A stretch of 48,966 nt of DNA from the NCBI GenBank assembly GCA_030141605.1, contig JAQGDQ010001296.1, forward strand, positions 1 through 48,966, given 5' to 3'. Positions 1 through 14,351 of this stretch are shown one piece after another. The position numbers were made by a program, and so were the translations under genes. The DNA comes from Tubiluchus corallicola. Its lineage: Eukaryota; Animalia; Priapulida. The notes under the pieces were generated by a model, which was not told where the DNA came from, ran no database searches, and worked only from the letters and a program-made list of their open reading frames with translations. Every line of letters begins with the position of its first letter. The stretch's first letter is position 1.

Positions 1-632
1 TTGGCAGCTTTTTTCCTTTTGTATCCCATTACAGGAAACTGACTTTATTCAACTTTCACACATGTAATTTCGCATGACAGTATACAAACAAACAGACAAC
101 AGCAATAATATTTAAATTATTTTTATTGGAATATATCCTACTTTTGTGTTTGAGGCAACTACCCTTGAACCTTGCACAAGAAATCTGTGCATACTACTAG
201 AACTTGTTTACACTAACAAAACGGGCTTAGAATTATAAATTACTTACAGTTAACACGAGGAAATGTAAGGCAATTATAATCGGCAGTGGTTTACACACTT
301 TCATTGTGTTAATGTGTTAATTTTTGGTGTTAAACAGGAGAAAAATTCCCACTGATCCTTAGAAAAGACAATTTTATTACAATTTTACAAATATCATTGT
401 GGACTTTTAGATTACTCATGCAAAAGACAAAACTAGTAGTATGCACAGATTTCTTGTGCAAGGTTCAAGGGTAGTTGCCTCAAACACAAAAGTAGGATAT
501 ATTCCAATAAAAATAATTTAAATATTATTGCTGTTGTCTGTTTGTTTGTATACTGTCATGCGAAATTACATGTGTGAAAGTTGAATAAAGTCAGTTTCCT
601 GTAATGGGATACAAAAGGAAAAAAGCTGCCAA
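1..632. repeat. Long inverted repeat: arms 1-200 and 433-632, 232 bp spacer; possibly truncated by the window edge
   Basis: 433-632 reads as the reverse complement of 1-200 (ttggcagctt...atactactag / ctagtagtat...aagctgccaa); no mismatch seen by eye. Confidence 0.9.
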
Positions 633-1883
633 AATAGTGGAAAGAGGCCTTGGAGAAAGTAAACGAGAATTATTGTAAAATTTAACTGTCAATAGTACTG
701 ATAACAAGATAGCTTGACGCTTTGCCAAGTAATTTAGTCGTTATTAAGGACGTCAAAAATAAAAAAGTTTATCCAAAGAAAAAAATTGAGCAAAATAACC
801 TAACAACAAAACATGTTGAATTCATGGCGGTGCCATGTCGTTAATCTAAACAACACGTGCAAATACAGCACGTGCTACTGCGCATGTGTAACACAAGCAC
901 CAGACACAGTCAAACGATCATACATCTATTCCTAGCAAGCAAGCGCTCTGTTTTCCCGCGTTCATTATTACGCAATAGGCCTACATGAATTCAGCACTTG
1001 ACGGATTCCAAATTATTGCAAACCTAAAATGCAGCCTGATTACAATGTTTAAAAGGAACGCGAAGTTACGTAGCTTTATCCTAGCTCATAGTGCACGCAG
1101 AACAATGACATTCTATAGGTTGTTTGTTAAAACGCAGAATTTGATTTTTTATTCATTGTTTTCAAACAGAAAATGGAACAAGATTTAAATGTCATGAGAT
1201 AACTGGTGAGACGCCAGGCACAATGAAGCGACACAAATTTTAAATCAACTCATAGAGGTGAAAATGGTGCTTTAAATCAACTTTCTGCACCTAGTACTTA
1301 GAATAATGAAGTCTTCCACAAAGGTAGAATGTGCTGTTTAGTGGTGACGTTTTAGTTGTTTTTATTGGTAATGTAAGACACCATTCTTATCGAAATGCTA
1401 TTAACTTTGCTAGCCAATATTGCTGTGCATGTTTTTGTTGCAAAGATTGATCTTTCTCTTCCAAACTTTGCCACTTTGTAAGCCGGAATTCAGTATGATT
1501 GACTTTTTAACCTTGTTTTTTTACGAAGGAGAGATCAAGCTCGTTATCGGGAATAGTTGCTTGACAGGAGCATCTTAACCGTATTATGATGTAAGTGCTT
1601 CTTGTTTCGTCGAAATAAACCGTGGCGAGAGGTTAATTAACCAAAGCAAAGACTCCGTTCCATTCTCTGACCAGCCCCAACATTGTGTTTCATCATCACA
1701 AAGCACATGCCGTGACCACTTAGCTACTCGCCACACAGCTGAACAGCTGTCAATGCTAGTAATATATCAGGATTGTCTTATTCATATAAATATTGGAATG
1801 TTCTTCGTTTTCCAAACAGATACATTGTCTCTGTTTATTTGTTTTGATATTTTTTAGCTAATCCATGAAGACTGGTTCACACT

Positions 1884-2004
1884 ATGATATTTACATGCGT
1901 TTACACGCTATTGTGCCTCGCGTCGCTTCAGTTCTGTGCAAACGCAGAAAAAACTCGCAAAAGGCCCATAGTTAAACGTGCACCTACCTTACCTACACCG
2001 CCAG
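1884..2004 (+). CDS. Gene A (trypsin-like S1A serine protease) coding exon 1: signal peptide and propeptide
   Basis: MIFTCVYTLLCLASLQFCANA-EKTRKRPIVKRAPTLPTPP; donor ccag|gtaagt at 2005; phase 1 matches the next exon. Confidence 0.85.
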
Positions 2005-2175
2005 GTAAGTTATTTTTAAACCGTATTTTGTTAATTTCAAAAAAGAAAGTTGTGTTCCGAAATTGAACAGTTGAGAATTCGTTTCTTCAAAAGTGCATTG
2101 TTTGATACCTTGATTTACACAATCTTAGAACGGACACTAACTGGACTGTGTTTTTGTGTGGCCTACAACATCTTG

Positions 2176-2926
<751 letters not shown>

Positions 2927-3006
2927 CATCTTGTTTTTTGTGTAGGTACAAAATATCTGCTTCAAAACATATGCAAATGTCACAATTAATTTTTTTACGT
3001 TTGCAG

Positions 3007-3068
3007 ATGGTATCTTTCCAGAAGGACGTATCGTTGGAGGTGTGGAAGCTGGACACGTTCCCTTCCAG
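3007..3068 (+). CDS. Gene A exon 2: activation site
   Basis: ttgcag| (D)GIFPEGR-IVGGVEAGHVPFQ |gtactg; phase 1 to 0. Confidence 0.92.
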
Positions 3069-3153
3069 GTACTGACACTTTCGGTAACAGTTTTGCTCTT
3101 AAAAATGAACTCTGAGACCATTCCATGCTAAAATACTTATCATTAAATCGAAC

Positions 3154-3425
3154 CAGGGCCTATTTCAGCCTAAGCGAGGCCCGGGGAAGTGCGGTGTGTG
3201 AAGCCTCCTCGGGGGGGGGGGGTCTTTTTTTGAAGACTGCTAGAACCTCAAAAAAAAATTTTGAACTGCTAGAACGCCGGAGAAGCATTTTCGAAGAGAA
3301 AATATGGAGTTATACAGTATGTTCGCATAAAGCCAAAAAAATAATGTTACCTCGGCGCGAGGCCCCCCATGGAGGGTGAGGCCCCGGGGAAGTATCCCCA
3401 CTCCCCCCTCTTGAAATATGCCCTG
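3154..3425 (+). mobile_element. hAT-like MITE, family 1 copy 1
   Basis: TIRs cagggcctatttca / tgaaatatgccctg; 8 bp TSD aatcgaac / aatcgagc; homologous copies at 11755 and 25106. Confidence 0.85.
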
Positions 3426-4810
3426 AATCGAGCAAATAAAAGCAGGTCTCCGTTACGAAAACTTAAAGTCAAACTAAAACCTCGCAATCATATAAGTTTT
3501 TACGACTTAAAATCCTATTTCATTAAAAATATTCAATTTTTTATTAGAACTTATCGTAAAACTTGTTTCGTTTGATTATTTATCACTTCCTTGTCAGCCG
3601 TATTAAATTTGAAGGACCACAATTTTTCACTGCGCGACAGAAATGACGCTGTGTCAGTACAGTCACGAGGTCACCAAAGGTCGGTAAACAAATATCGGTG
3701 ACCAAAGATGCTTGGCTTGGTATGCGCCAAAGACCCAAATCACGCTTTCGAAATCCGCTAAAAGCAGCAAGCTATTTCGTTAATAAGCTCCTTTTGTTTA
3801 ATAATAACTATGACATCAATATCTATTAGGTCTTTAAAAAGCTGTATGCATCAACAGAAATAAGCATTTGACTTAGATATTAGGCTATAATGAGCCATGC
3901 TGACTTCCCAGTAGACAATATCTACTGTTATTGACAACTTTCTTGTAGATAACATATTATATTTGTTATCACAGGCAGGGAACAGATTGGTTGAGTCAAC
4001 AAGGCTTTTCACAAGTTCGTTGTGCGCACGTGCAGTTGCTGTAGGTCAAAGGTTAAGTGTCACCAACGTGTCTTAACTACAACCGTTATGTGACATGTTT
4101 GTAAAGCAAAGCCGTCTGCCGGATCAGCTTTAGGTCAAAGGTTAAGTGTAACTCACCAACGCATCTTAACTACAACTGTTACGTGACATGTTTGTAAAGC
4201 ACAGCCGTCTGCCGGATCAGTTTAATAACTTCAGTTGTTTACGTGGACTTTACTTAATTATGCTTTAATCTGTGTGTACAGTGATTTGCAAGCAGGATCG
4301 TGCTTGGGAACACGATAAATGAACTAGGCAAGGTTCTAGCTAGCTGTTAAAACGGTTACTATTACAACATCATGGGCTGCGAGGCGTTATCAGGTGTACA
4401 CAAATGCGTTGTCTGGTACTCTTAACCTTTGACCTTTTCACGACCATCATCAAGCGTTGAAACTGTATAAAGTTTATTTTCCAGTAGATATTGTTTAAGC
4501 ATTGATTATTACGTGTTAGTACGATTTCACTGTGGTAATTGCAAGTATCCACTTGTTAAATTGGTACCGCTAATATTGTTCACACTGATAAAATTCACGT
4601 CATATGAATTTGACACAAGCGTGAAAGGAGCTTTAGTATGACCAAGATTGCTATGACCATGAGATCTATTAATGAAAATAAAAATATATGCTATATACTT
4701 CTTTGTTATTATTCTTCATTTACATGCTTTTACTTTAAAACATGTGAGTAAGCAGGCAAAAATGACATTCTGACTAAACGTTTATTTTTGCGTCTCATAA
4801 AGGATGTTAC

Positions 4811-5020
<210 letters not shown>

Positions 5021-5258
5021 GCGGTCCAGCCCAAGAGGAGACAAAAAATCGCGCTTGATTTGATGCTAGAAATGCTTCTGTTGACCTCCTCTGCGGCGTT
5101 TCCGCGTACCGCGGCGTGCTGCTGCCGCCGGCGCCGGCTCGAACATGGAGATGAACGGTAGACGGGTTACACGCGGCTGTTACACGTAGTACAAGAGTTT
5201 GAAAAAAAACATTTCACATTTTTTATTTTGTTTTTGAATTAAAATACTTTTACTGCAG

Positions 5259-5347
5259 GTGGGAATTGATGTTAAAGGTGAGTTTTTCTGTGGAGGAGCC
5301 ATTATTAACGAAAGATGGGTGCTGACGGCAGCTCATTGTGTTGTTGG
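5259..5347 (+). CDS. Gene A exon 3: catalytic His
   Basis: tactgcag| [29 protein letters not shown](G) |gtaggt; phase 0 to 2. Confidence 0.95.
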
Positions 5348-7203
5348 GTAGGTTTCACGTAGTTCAACATTAAGTACTTTACTGATGGGTGCTGACGGCA
5401 GCTCATTGTGTTGTTGGGTAGGTTTTACGTAGTTCAACATTAAGTACTTTACTGATGGGTGCTGACAGCAGCTCATTGTGTTGTTGGGTAGGTTTTACGT
5501 AGTTCAACATTAAGTACTTTACTGATGGGTGCTGACGGCAGCTCATTGTGTTGTTGGGTAGGTTTTACGTAGTTCAACATTAAGTTCTTTACTGATGGGT
5601 GCTGACAGCAGCTCATTGTGTTGTTGGGTAGGTTTTACGTAGTTCAACATTAAGTACTTTACTGATGGGTGCTGACAGCAGCTCATTGTGTTGTTGGGTA
5701 GGTTTTACGTAGTTCAACATTAAGTACTTTACTGATGGGTGCTAACAGCAGCTCATTGTGTTGTTGGGTAGTTTACGTAGTTCAACATTAAGTACTTTAC
5801 TGATGGGTGCTGACGGCAGCTCATTGTGTTGTTGGGTAGGTTTTATGTAGTTCACCATTAAGTACTTTACTGATGGGTGCTAACGGCAGCTCATTGTGCT
5901 GTTGGGTAGGTTTTACGTAGTTCAACATTAAGTACTTTACTAATGGGTGCTGACGGCAGCTCATTGTGTTGTTGGGTAGGTTTTACATAGTTCAACATTA
6001 AGTACTTTACCAATGGGTGCAAACAGCAGCTCATGTTGTTGTTGGGCAGGTTTTACGTAGTTCAACATTAAGTACTTTACTGATGGGTGCTGACAGCAGT
6101 TCATTGTGCTGTTGGGTAGGTTTTACGTAGTTCAACATTAAGTACTTTACTGATGGGTGCTGACCGCAGCTCATTGTGCTGTTGGGTAGGTTTTAGGTAG
6201 TTCAACATTAAGTACTTTACTGATGGGTGCTGACGGCAGCTCATTGTGTTGTTGGGTAGGTTTTACGTAGTTCAACATTAAGTACTTTACTGATGGGTGC
6301 TGACAGCAGCTCATTGTGTTGTTGGGTAGGTTTTACGTAGTTCAACATTAAGTACTTTACTGATGGGTGCTGACAGCAGCTCATTGTGTTGTTGGGTAGG
6401 TTTTACGTAGTTCAACATTAAGTACTTTACTGATGGGTGCTGACAGCAGCTCATTGTGTTGTTGGGTAGGTTTTACGTAGTTCAACATTAAGTACTTTAC
6501 TGATGGGTGCTGACGGCAGCTCATTGTGTTGTTGGGTAGGTTTTACGTAGTTCAACATTAAGTACTTTACTGATGGGTGCTGACGGCAGCTCATTGTGCT
6601 GTTGGGTAGGTTTTACGTAGTTCAACATTAAGTTCTTTACTGATGGGTGCTGACAGCAGCTCATTGTGTTGTTGGGTAGGTTTTACGTAGTTCAACATTA
6701 AGTACTTTACTGATGGGTGCTAACAGCAGCTCATTGTGTTGTTGGGTTGGTTTTACGTAGTTCAACATTAAGTACTTTACTGATGGGTGCTAACAGCAGC
6801 TCATTGTGTTGTTGGGTAGGTTTTATGTAGTTCAACATTAAGTACTTTACTGATGGGTGCTGACGGCAGCTCATTGTGTTGCTGGGTAGGTTTTACGTAG
6901 TTCAACATTAAGTACTTTACTGATGGGTGCTAACAGCAGCTCATTGTGTTGTTGGGTTGGTTTTACCTAGTTCAACATTAAGTACTTTACTGATGGGTGC
7001 TAACAGCAGCTCATTGTGTTGTTGGGTAGTTTACGTAGTTCAACATTAAGTACTTTACTGATGGGTGCTGACGGCAGCTCATTGTGTTGTTGGGTAGGTT
7101 TTATGTAGTTCAACATTAAGTACTTTACTGAGGGGTGCTGACGGCAGCTCATTGTGAAGTTGGGTAGGTTTTACGTAGTTCAACATTAAGTACTTTACTG
7201 ATG
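5314..7203 (+). repeat. 70 bp tandem array, about 27 copies, made of the last 34 nt of exon 3 plus the first 36 nt of the intron
   Basis: gatgggtgctgac(g/a)gcagctcattgtgttgttgg|gtaggttttacgtagttcaacattaagtactttact at 5314, 5384, 5454 and onward. Confidence 0.97.
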
Positions 7204-8085
7204 CTTAACGTGGTGAGATACATAATCTTTATGCTTGAGAATTACAAAACCAAGTTTTGTGTACAATACTATTATTCATTTAATTTTTTATTACATTTAA
7301 GTATTGCTTAAACAGTAGCGAATTCTTTCTTGCCTTCAAGATTTGGTGTTGAAACCACTTACGTTGTGGTGTGATTAGAGTTGTGACTTGAAAAACTTCC
7401 TACTAACGATGTTAACACAAAAGAATTTCCTTCATAGCATATGGTGTTCTCAGAAATCTTTATTTCTGTATATAAAAAATCAAAATAATAAATTTGACTG
7501 CTTTTCACTGCTTACAAATGTATAATAATCTAATTATTATAATTTAATACAATAAAAGTAAATATTACTCACATCGTGTGGCTATAACAACTTAATACAT
7601 CCTTGGAACGTCATACTGGTTTAAGCAAATCAGGTAAAGACGCTACAAATAATTACTTGAAAATTATCTAAACATTATTTAACGTTTGCTGAGGCTTCTG
7701 TAAGCGTGTTTAGTGAGGCTCAATATAAATTGAAACTTCACAGGTAAAATTCACAGGTAAGTTCACATAGGTGCTGCCACCTACATGTTAAGGCCAGAAA
7801 CTTACCCTAACAAACGATATTATTAATTAATTGTGACTTTAATTGCCAGAGTTTCACAAAACCATCGGAATTTATTTGCCATTGTGGCAGCTTTTTTTGA
7901 AAAAATCTGGATTTTTCACAATTTTTCGATGTCTTTTTCCTCTAACTAATTACCCGCTGAAGGTAATAATTGATTGATAAAATAAACCTCAATGGTTTAT
8001 GAAAATTTTGGCAATCTTAATTTCATTTCGCTGAAGTACAGTTTTTAAAATATGTCAAAACCAGGATGTAATACTATTAGGCGAT

Positions 8086-8570
8086 GGCTTAACATTCGCT
8101 TAACATGGCTTAACATTCGCTTAACATGGCTTAACATTCGCTTAACATTCGCTTAACATGGCTTAACATTCGCTTAACATGGCTTAACATTCGTTTAACA
8201 TGGCTTAACATTAGCTTAACATGGCTTAATATTCGTTTAACATGGCTTAACATTCGCTTAACATTCGCTTAACATGGCTTAACATTCGCTTAACATTCGC
8301 TTAACATGGCTTAACATTCGCTTAACATGGCTTAACATTCGCTTAACATTCGCTTAACATGGCTTAACATTCGCTTAACATGGCTTAACATTCGCTTAAC
8401 ATTCGCTTAACATGGCTTAACATTCGCTTAACATGGCTTAACATTCGCTTAACATTCGCTTAACATGGCTTAACATTCGCTTAACATGGCTTAACATTCG
8501 CTTAACATGGCTTAACATTCGCTTAACATTCGCTTAATATGGCTTAAGATTCGCTTAACATGGCTTAGCA
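8086..8570. repeat. Minisatellite of interspersed 10/11 bp units (gcttaacatg, gcttaacattc)
   Basis: Directly visible tandem repeat. Confidence 0.95.
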
Positions 8571-8820
8571 TTTGTTCTGTAATTGCGGATAGATGTTTAA
8601 GCAGTCTGGCGGAAATTGGCGGCCCTAGAAATACCCTCTTTTACCCATTTAAAAACCCTTTATTTTAACAGTGTACATATGGACATCAGTACAAGTTACC
8701 CAAAGTCAAATCATCAGCAACGGATAAGATTTCTTTTCAGTCACAGTATTATTTAAATATTGTCTTTCAAGATTTGTTTTGTATGAAAAGCAGTTTACTT
8801 ATAGTTTTTTGAACATTTAG

Positions 8821-8890
8821 TGTAAAACCGAGGCATTTGAAGTTGTTCCTTGGAAGCAGAAAATATTTCAAAGGAAAAGAGAGGAGAGGC
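8821..8890 (+). CDS. Gene A exon 4
   Basis: catttag| (G)VKPRHLKLFLGSRKYFKGKERRG |gtaagt; phase 2 to 0; matches the 'V-x-LG' strand of S1 proteases and the equivalent gene B exon at 46194. Confidence 0.85.
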
Positions 8891-10047
8891 GTAAGTATTT
8901 TCTTTCATCGTAAACTTCTCACTGACTGCGTTTTTTTTATAATTCATTCCATATGAGGAAGCCAGCTTTATGAAAACAAGTTCTGCTGCTCTCTTTTGCT
9001 GGTGGTCACTATGAGAGATTAGTGCCTCATCAGATGTGAAAACTTTACATGTTTCATAAAAATTATAAAATTTGCAACATTACCTTTTCTCCCCTTCCAA
9101 ATCAGGAGTGGAGCCCCGAAGACTGACCAGGGCAGCATGCTCACTGACTCCGGCAGCTCCTGCAGCCAACCTGGTACCAAACGTATCGCTCCGCTTTCCT
9201 TTGGACTACACCAGGGAGGAAGAGAGGGGGTTCCTGTTGTCTGGGCAACTCAGAATCTCCATACACCTTGCCCAGGCGTGCGCCCTGGAGACGCACTGCT
9301 CAGCCACAGTCGACGCTGCAGCTCCATCAATGTGATCAATAACTGACTCTCTTGGGGTACACTCCATTGTCTTCCGAGACAGAAGGATGCCAACAACAAA
9401 AACAACCTTTTCCCAATAGACTAGTGGCAACTGTAACTGACTAGTTGATTAACTATTTGTAATAAAGTCCAATGTTCATCTCTTCTAAAACACTAATCTC
9501 TCATAATGACTTCCAGTCCAGGTTGAATCGTCCCACTAGTTATTTATACAGATTTTCTTAAATTCGAGATTATTTATTAATCTCTAATGTGTCTAAATAA
9601 TCTCCAGCTGTCATTTGTAAAGCAATAAACATGTTCATCGAACAAATTTTTACTCTCTTAGCTAATCACTCTTAGACAGAAGCATTATTTACAAGATAAT
9701 TATGATTGATGCAATTTCTGAAATTCAAAACAAAGTGCAAAATTGTTCTATTATTCTAAGCCTAGCAGTGGATTATTGTGTGTGTGGTACAATTTAACTA
9801 GCAGACTCAGTTAACAGATTAGCTAAAATAATTGTAACAATTTTTCTACGATGAATTTCAGCTTTGTCATTTATTGATTATCTTCTAGCTCAGCCTAATC
9901 TAAATGAGATTCTATATCCACGTGATGACCCATGTTGTAGACTTTTACTTTGATATTGTTTATATTGTTTATATTTGTTTATATTGTTACAACTGTATTG
10001 TTACAATTGTTACATGTATTGTCACTAAGGCATGACCAGAGTCACAT

Positions 10048-10477
10048 TGTTAACTTATTATATTGGACTGCTGTCCGCTTTTAACGGAGGCAGGACGGAT
10101 GGCACCGCGGTCCACACCATGCGGCATGTCTCAATTAAGTTGCTCAATGCCAAACCTAAACAGAACCCGAATAATAGTGTTGAAACGACAATTTATTACT
10201 AAATATTACAAATAGCTTACCTAAAAGAACGGAGTTTGCGGCAAAGCCTGTGAAATGTGAACAGAGCTGCAATGAAAGACACGACCACTGACAAGGATCT
10301 ACAGCAGACCTTCCCTTTTTATAAGCTCAGGTGTGCATGTGACTAGTGGCTTTTACTAACACAAGGTCAGAATAAGAGTCTATGTGCCAGATAAAGCTAG
10401 TTCACACGCACACCTGAGAAGTCTACTGTATTCCCCTGCCAGCATTAAACTTCATCTCATCACTGCCCTGCAGTACA
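10048..10477 (-). mobile_element. Probable solo LTR
   Basis: TGT...ACA ends, flanks acat / atat; on the minus strand tataaaaaggg (about 10323) precedes aataaa (about 10196). Confidence 0.4.
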
Positions 10478-11490
10478 ATATTGTTACTAAGGCAGATTTT
10501 GACCAATTCGTAATCTTAGTTAATGAGTTTGCTTGAGAAGCTAGATAGTGCAAATGTACCAATGCAAATTTGATGATTCAAATCCAGCTATCTGGCTATG
10601 AATCATGTTTTTCTATTTCTACCTTTTTCTCTCTGGAAATGTGAGAAAAGTTTGTTCACGTATCTTTCTTCTTGACGGTTTGGTTATGCAGTAAAGTTAA
10701 TTTTACATTCATAATCTGAATATTTTAACTTTTCTCTCTTCTGTGAAATTTTAACGATGTATAGCAATAAAAAGTATACTTTTCTAAATAACAGACTTTT
10801 CTTGTTTATTTGCAAAAATTCCTTCAAAGTCGGCTGCTTCATTTTCTCGCAAAGAAGTTGGCCCACAAAGTTCCCGCAATTATAAAAACGTTGAAAATCT
10901 GTTGTTGTGTGTGACTAAAACAGTTCTGAATCGTCTGCTCACTTGCACTGCTCTTATTGGCTGTACGATGTAGGAATACTGGCTGATTACTGTACCTGCA
11001 TCTTTGACTGTTAACTCATTAAGCGCGATTTGCAAAGACAGCATCAAAAGGAAACCGCTAGGCAAATGATTAAATGTTTAGCTTCCAGAAAATGCTTTGG
11101 GTAACAGTGAGCCGCTAGCAAACCCGCTAGGTTAGCGTATTAGTGCATGCTAAACATACCTGCTTATAAACTAAACAGTACTTAACATGCTTGTTTCTGT
11201 ATACATAGTGCACCAAAGGGAAGTAAGGATGACATAAAAGTAGAAAAGGCTCTTCGGGCACATACAAATAACTTATTTTAAGTAGGTGAAGGAAAGATAT
11301 TGAGTCAATTATGCGGAGTTTTTTGAGTCAATTACCCATAGTTTTTATGTATATTTCAATAGAAGCGACCCATTCCAGGCATTCCAATCACCCACGCTGG
11401 ATCCGTTTAATTACCATATGAACAACATTTTGTTAATTACTAATCAATTTAGCATATTTTCCTTGATATTTCTTCTGTTTTGTATTCCAG

Positions 11491-11677
11491 GTTTCAGGGT
11501 CTTGGGTACATGAAGGTTACAGTTCGGTTGTATATAGTGATGACATTGCTTTACTGAGGATGGACAGGAGGGTCCGCTTCTCTGGCTACATAAAGCCAGC
11601 ACAGCTACCTGAGTCACATAACTATAATTATGTAGGGCAGAATGCCATTGTGACAGGATGGGGATTAACAGAAAAGG
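11491..11677 (+). CDS. Gene A exon 5: catalytic Asp
   Basis: ttccag| VSGSWVHEGYSSVVYSDDIALLRMDRRVRFSGYIKPAQLPESHNYNYVGQNAIVTGWGLTEK |gtactt; DIALL and TGWG motifs; phase 0 to 1. Confidence 0.95.
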
Positions 11678-11754
11678 GTACTTTGTAAAAAAGCTTATAT
11701 TGCGTTTATCAGAATTTGTAATGGAACGTACAATTTATTTATATGCGCTGTGAG

Positions 11755-13431
11755 CAGGGCCTATTTCAAGGGGGGGGGGAGTGGGGATACTTCCCCGGGG
11801 CCTCACCCTCCAGGGGGGCTCGTGCCAAGGTAACTTTTTTTTGCTTTATGCGAACATACTGCCTCCGCCGTTTGCCAGTATTGACAAGTATTAAGGACTG
11901 GTCTTGAGAATAAGACAGTTTTTCTATCACCTTTCTTAATTTAAATGCCTAATGTTTCCGTTAATCTTGATCGTATAGTGTAAGGTGACTTAAATCTATA
12001 TATCGTATAGATTGAATTTAATATGTCCGCTTAATTTCTAATTGCTATAAGGTGAATCCTTCACCTGACTCCGAGAGCTTTGGATATCAGTCTAGTAAGC
12101 AATGATCGTCTTATCTAAACTTCACCTTGACCTTCGCGTTGTGAGAAAAGGTCTATTTCTCTCAAGTTTCCTAGCGACGCTCCCGCAATATGAGCGCTAG
12201 TTAATTCAAAGCGAACTAATCAGATTCGTATATCGGAAATAGTGTTGCTTGAGTTAAACACTCTGATAACATACATTAACTCAATCGTTAAATGTCAAAG
12301 AGAATTGCTTCATTGATTTACAATAATTACTGCTCCTAGATAGCTTACAAGATTTAGTCCTTATGCGCTTTTGACGCGTACAACTAGTTTATAGCTTTCC
12401 AAAAGTATCTCTCTGAACAATTCTTCAATTCCTATCACCTAAGGTGTACACTTTACACTTATCCTATAGTACAATGTGAACTTATGCGAACTACCGATAT
12501 GCACAGTTAATTCTCAGTTTACCAATATGTTAAGATTACTTAACTCTGCGGATTGACCCAATGTACCCAGTACAATTTGGTCAACTCCGATAGTTGATAT
12601 AAGACTTCTCGTTGTCCAGTGCCAGATTATCCTAGGAACGCAGAAAGATGTCTACGCTGAACTTCTCAAGTTGTCTCGTCTGTCAAATAGCCCTCCTTGT
12701 GTGATTTGCCGCACACACTACACGTGTCTTGTTCCAGTACGATCGGGTGGTACTGGCTGGAACTAGCGCTGGGTTATTCGAACCCGGGGCTTATATTCCA
12801 TCGAAGTAACCTTGCAACAACCTTGCACGATTGCAACGTCGCATGCAACATTTAAGAACGTCGCACGAAACATTAAAATTTATGGGACAGTTCGGAGGAC
12901 ATAGTCATCATACGCCCGTAAAACTTATCCGTTCTCTTTCTTCAAGAAACAATGACCTCGCACAGTTTTCGTTAATTACTAGTAACTTGTGCATATTGCT
13001 CATTATAAACGGTACATCCGTCTCAACCTAATATTAGCTAATTATCCTGAGCATCTTAGAGTGTCCTTACGTAAACGATAAGTTTACTTCTTACAACCTA
13101 CGCTTTTTACAGTTCATTAAATTCGAGCTTTACAGCTGAGTGAGTTCCTATTGCACCATCTGTAAATTTATTCATGCAATCAGGGAGGCAGGCGACTTCA
13201 TACCAAAATATCGAAAATCATCGATTTATAAATTTATTCACCACATTTCTTTCAATTGTTCTTTCCTTTAACAACTGTATAACTCCATATTTTCTCTTCG
13301 AAAATGTTTCTCCAGCATTCTAGCAGTTCAAAAATTCTCTGGGCGCCAACCATGGTAGCGAAACCCCCCTCCCCGATGGGGCGTCACACGCCCCACTTCT
13401 CCGGGCCTCACCTAGGCTGAAATAGGTCCTG
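11755..13431 (-). mobile_element. hAT-like family 1, long copy with about 1.4 kb of extra internal sequence
   Basis: TIRs cagggcctatttca / tgaaataggtcctg; degenerate 8 bp TSD gctgtgag / gttgcgag; both ends are the reverse complement of 3154-3425. Confidence 0.8.
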
Positions 13432-14351
13432 GTTGCGAGAGACTACTACTTCATGATGCCCAAAGTCAAGACATTGATGTTTGAGTAGCTTTGTTGCGTT
13501 TATCTGTAAGAAAAGTCATAACAAAATATAACAAACTAATTTGAGCCAAAAAAGAAACAAAGAAATTTATAATAAAGTGAGACTGACTAATCAAAATAAA
13601 CTTACATCATGGCTCTACTACTCTTGACAAATAAATGGTTTAACTGAGATAAACAACAACAACAACAACAACAACAACGACTCTCTGAGCCAAGAACAGA
13701 CTGCCAACTAGCCAGGTAAACTAGCTCTGTCATTAAAGCATGACAGAAAGAAGCCAAGTCAAGACATACATACATGAATGCAGGTGAAAAGGACAGTATA
13801 GGGGGGGGGGTACAGAATGAGAGAACACTGAAGTAATAAAACAACCTAAAATCCTTCACATGCGTCTACATTATCTAAAACCTCAGTACGCTAAAATACG
13901 TTTAAACTTAATGAGAAGCATTAAATTTAAAGGACATAAAAAATTAAAAATACTTCACCATAAAAAGTACAGTATAAACAAATGTGTTTTAATAGAATCT
14001 AATGACTTTGTAGAAAATGTAGCAACAGGTAAGTTATTCCAGAGGCACAGAGATTTGTTTCACCGTAGAATACTGTATTAGGAATTGGCTGATGTTAATT
14101 AATTTGTTCATTAGCATTAGAACGAAGTTTCGGCCATATTAAAAGATGAGTTAGATATGCAGGTGCCAAAACATGGTGTATTTTGTAAGTGATACAAAGA
14201 ACTGTAAAATGAAGCCGGAACTGTATCGGCAGGCAAATTGCCGAACTAATAATTTTTGTATTATTATGCTGCATTAGAATTATATTAGTAAATTTCCAAT
14301 AATATTGTACTAATTAGCTATTTTTCTTGTTAATAAATTTCCTATAATTTC

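Noticed and set aside
5314-7203. CRISPR-like appearance of the regular arrays (also 17978-21220 and 41081-45360)
   Set aside because: Units are head-to-tail with no unique spacers, there are no cas genes, and the context is a spliced eukaryotic gene.
9072-9430. GC-richer patch with overlapping short ORFs in gene A intron 4
   Set aside because: No recognisable motif or usable splice phase; probably a retroelement fragment that I cannot classify.
12690-12760. Zinc-knuckle-like peptide (TCSVCGKSH) on the minus strand of the MITE cargo
   Set aside because: Short, closely bounded by stops and with no supporting gag or pol motifs; compatible with chance.
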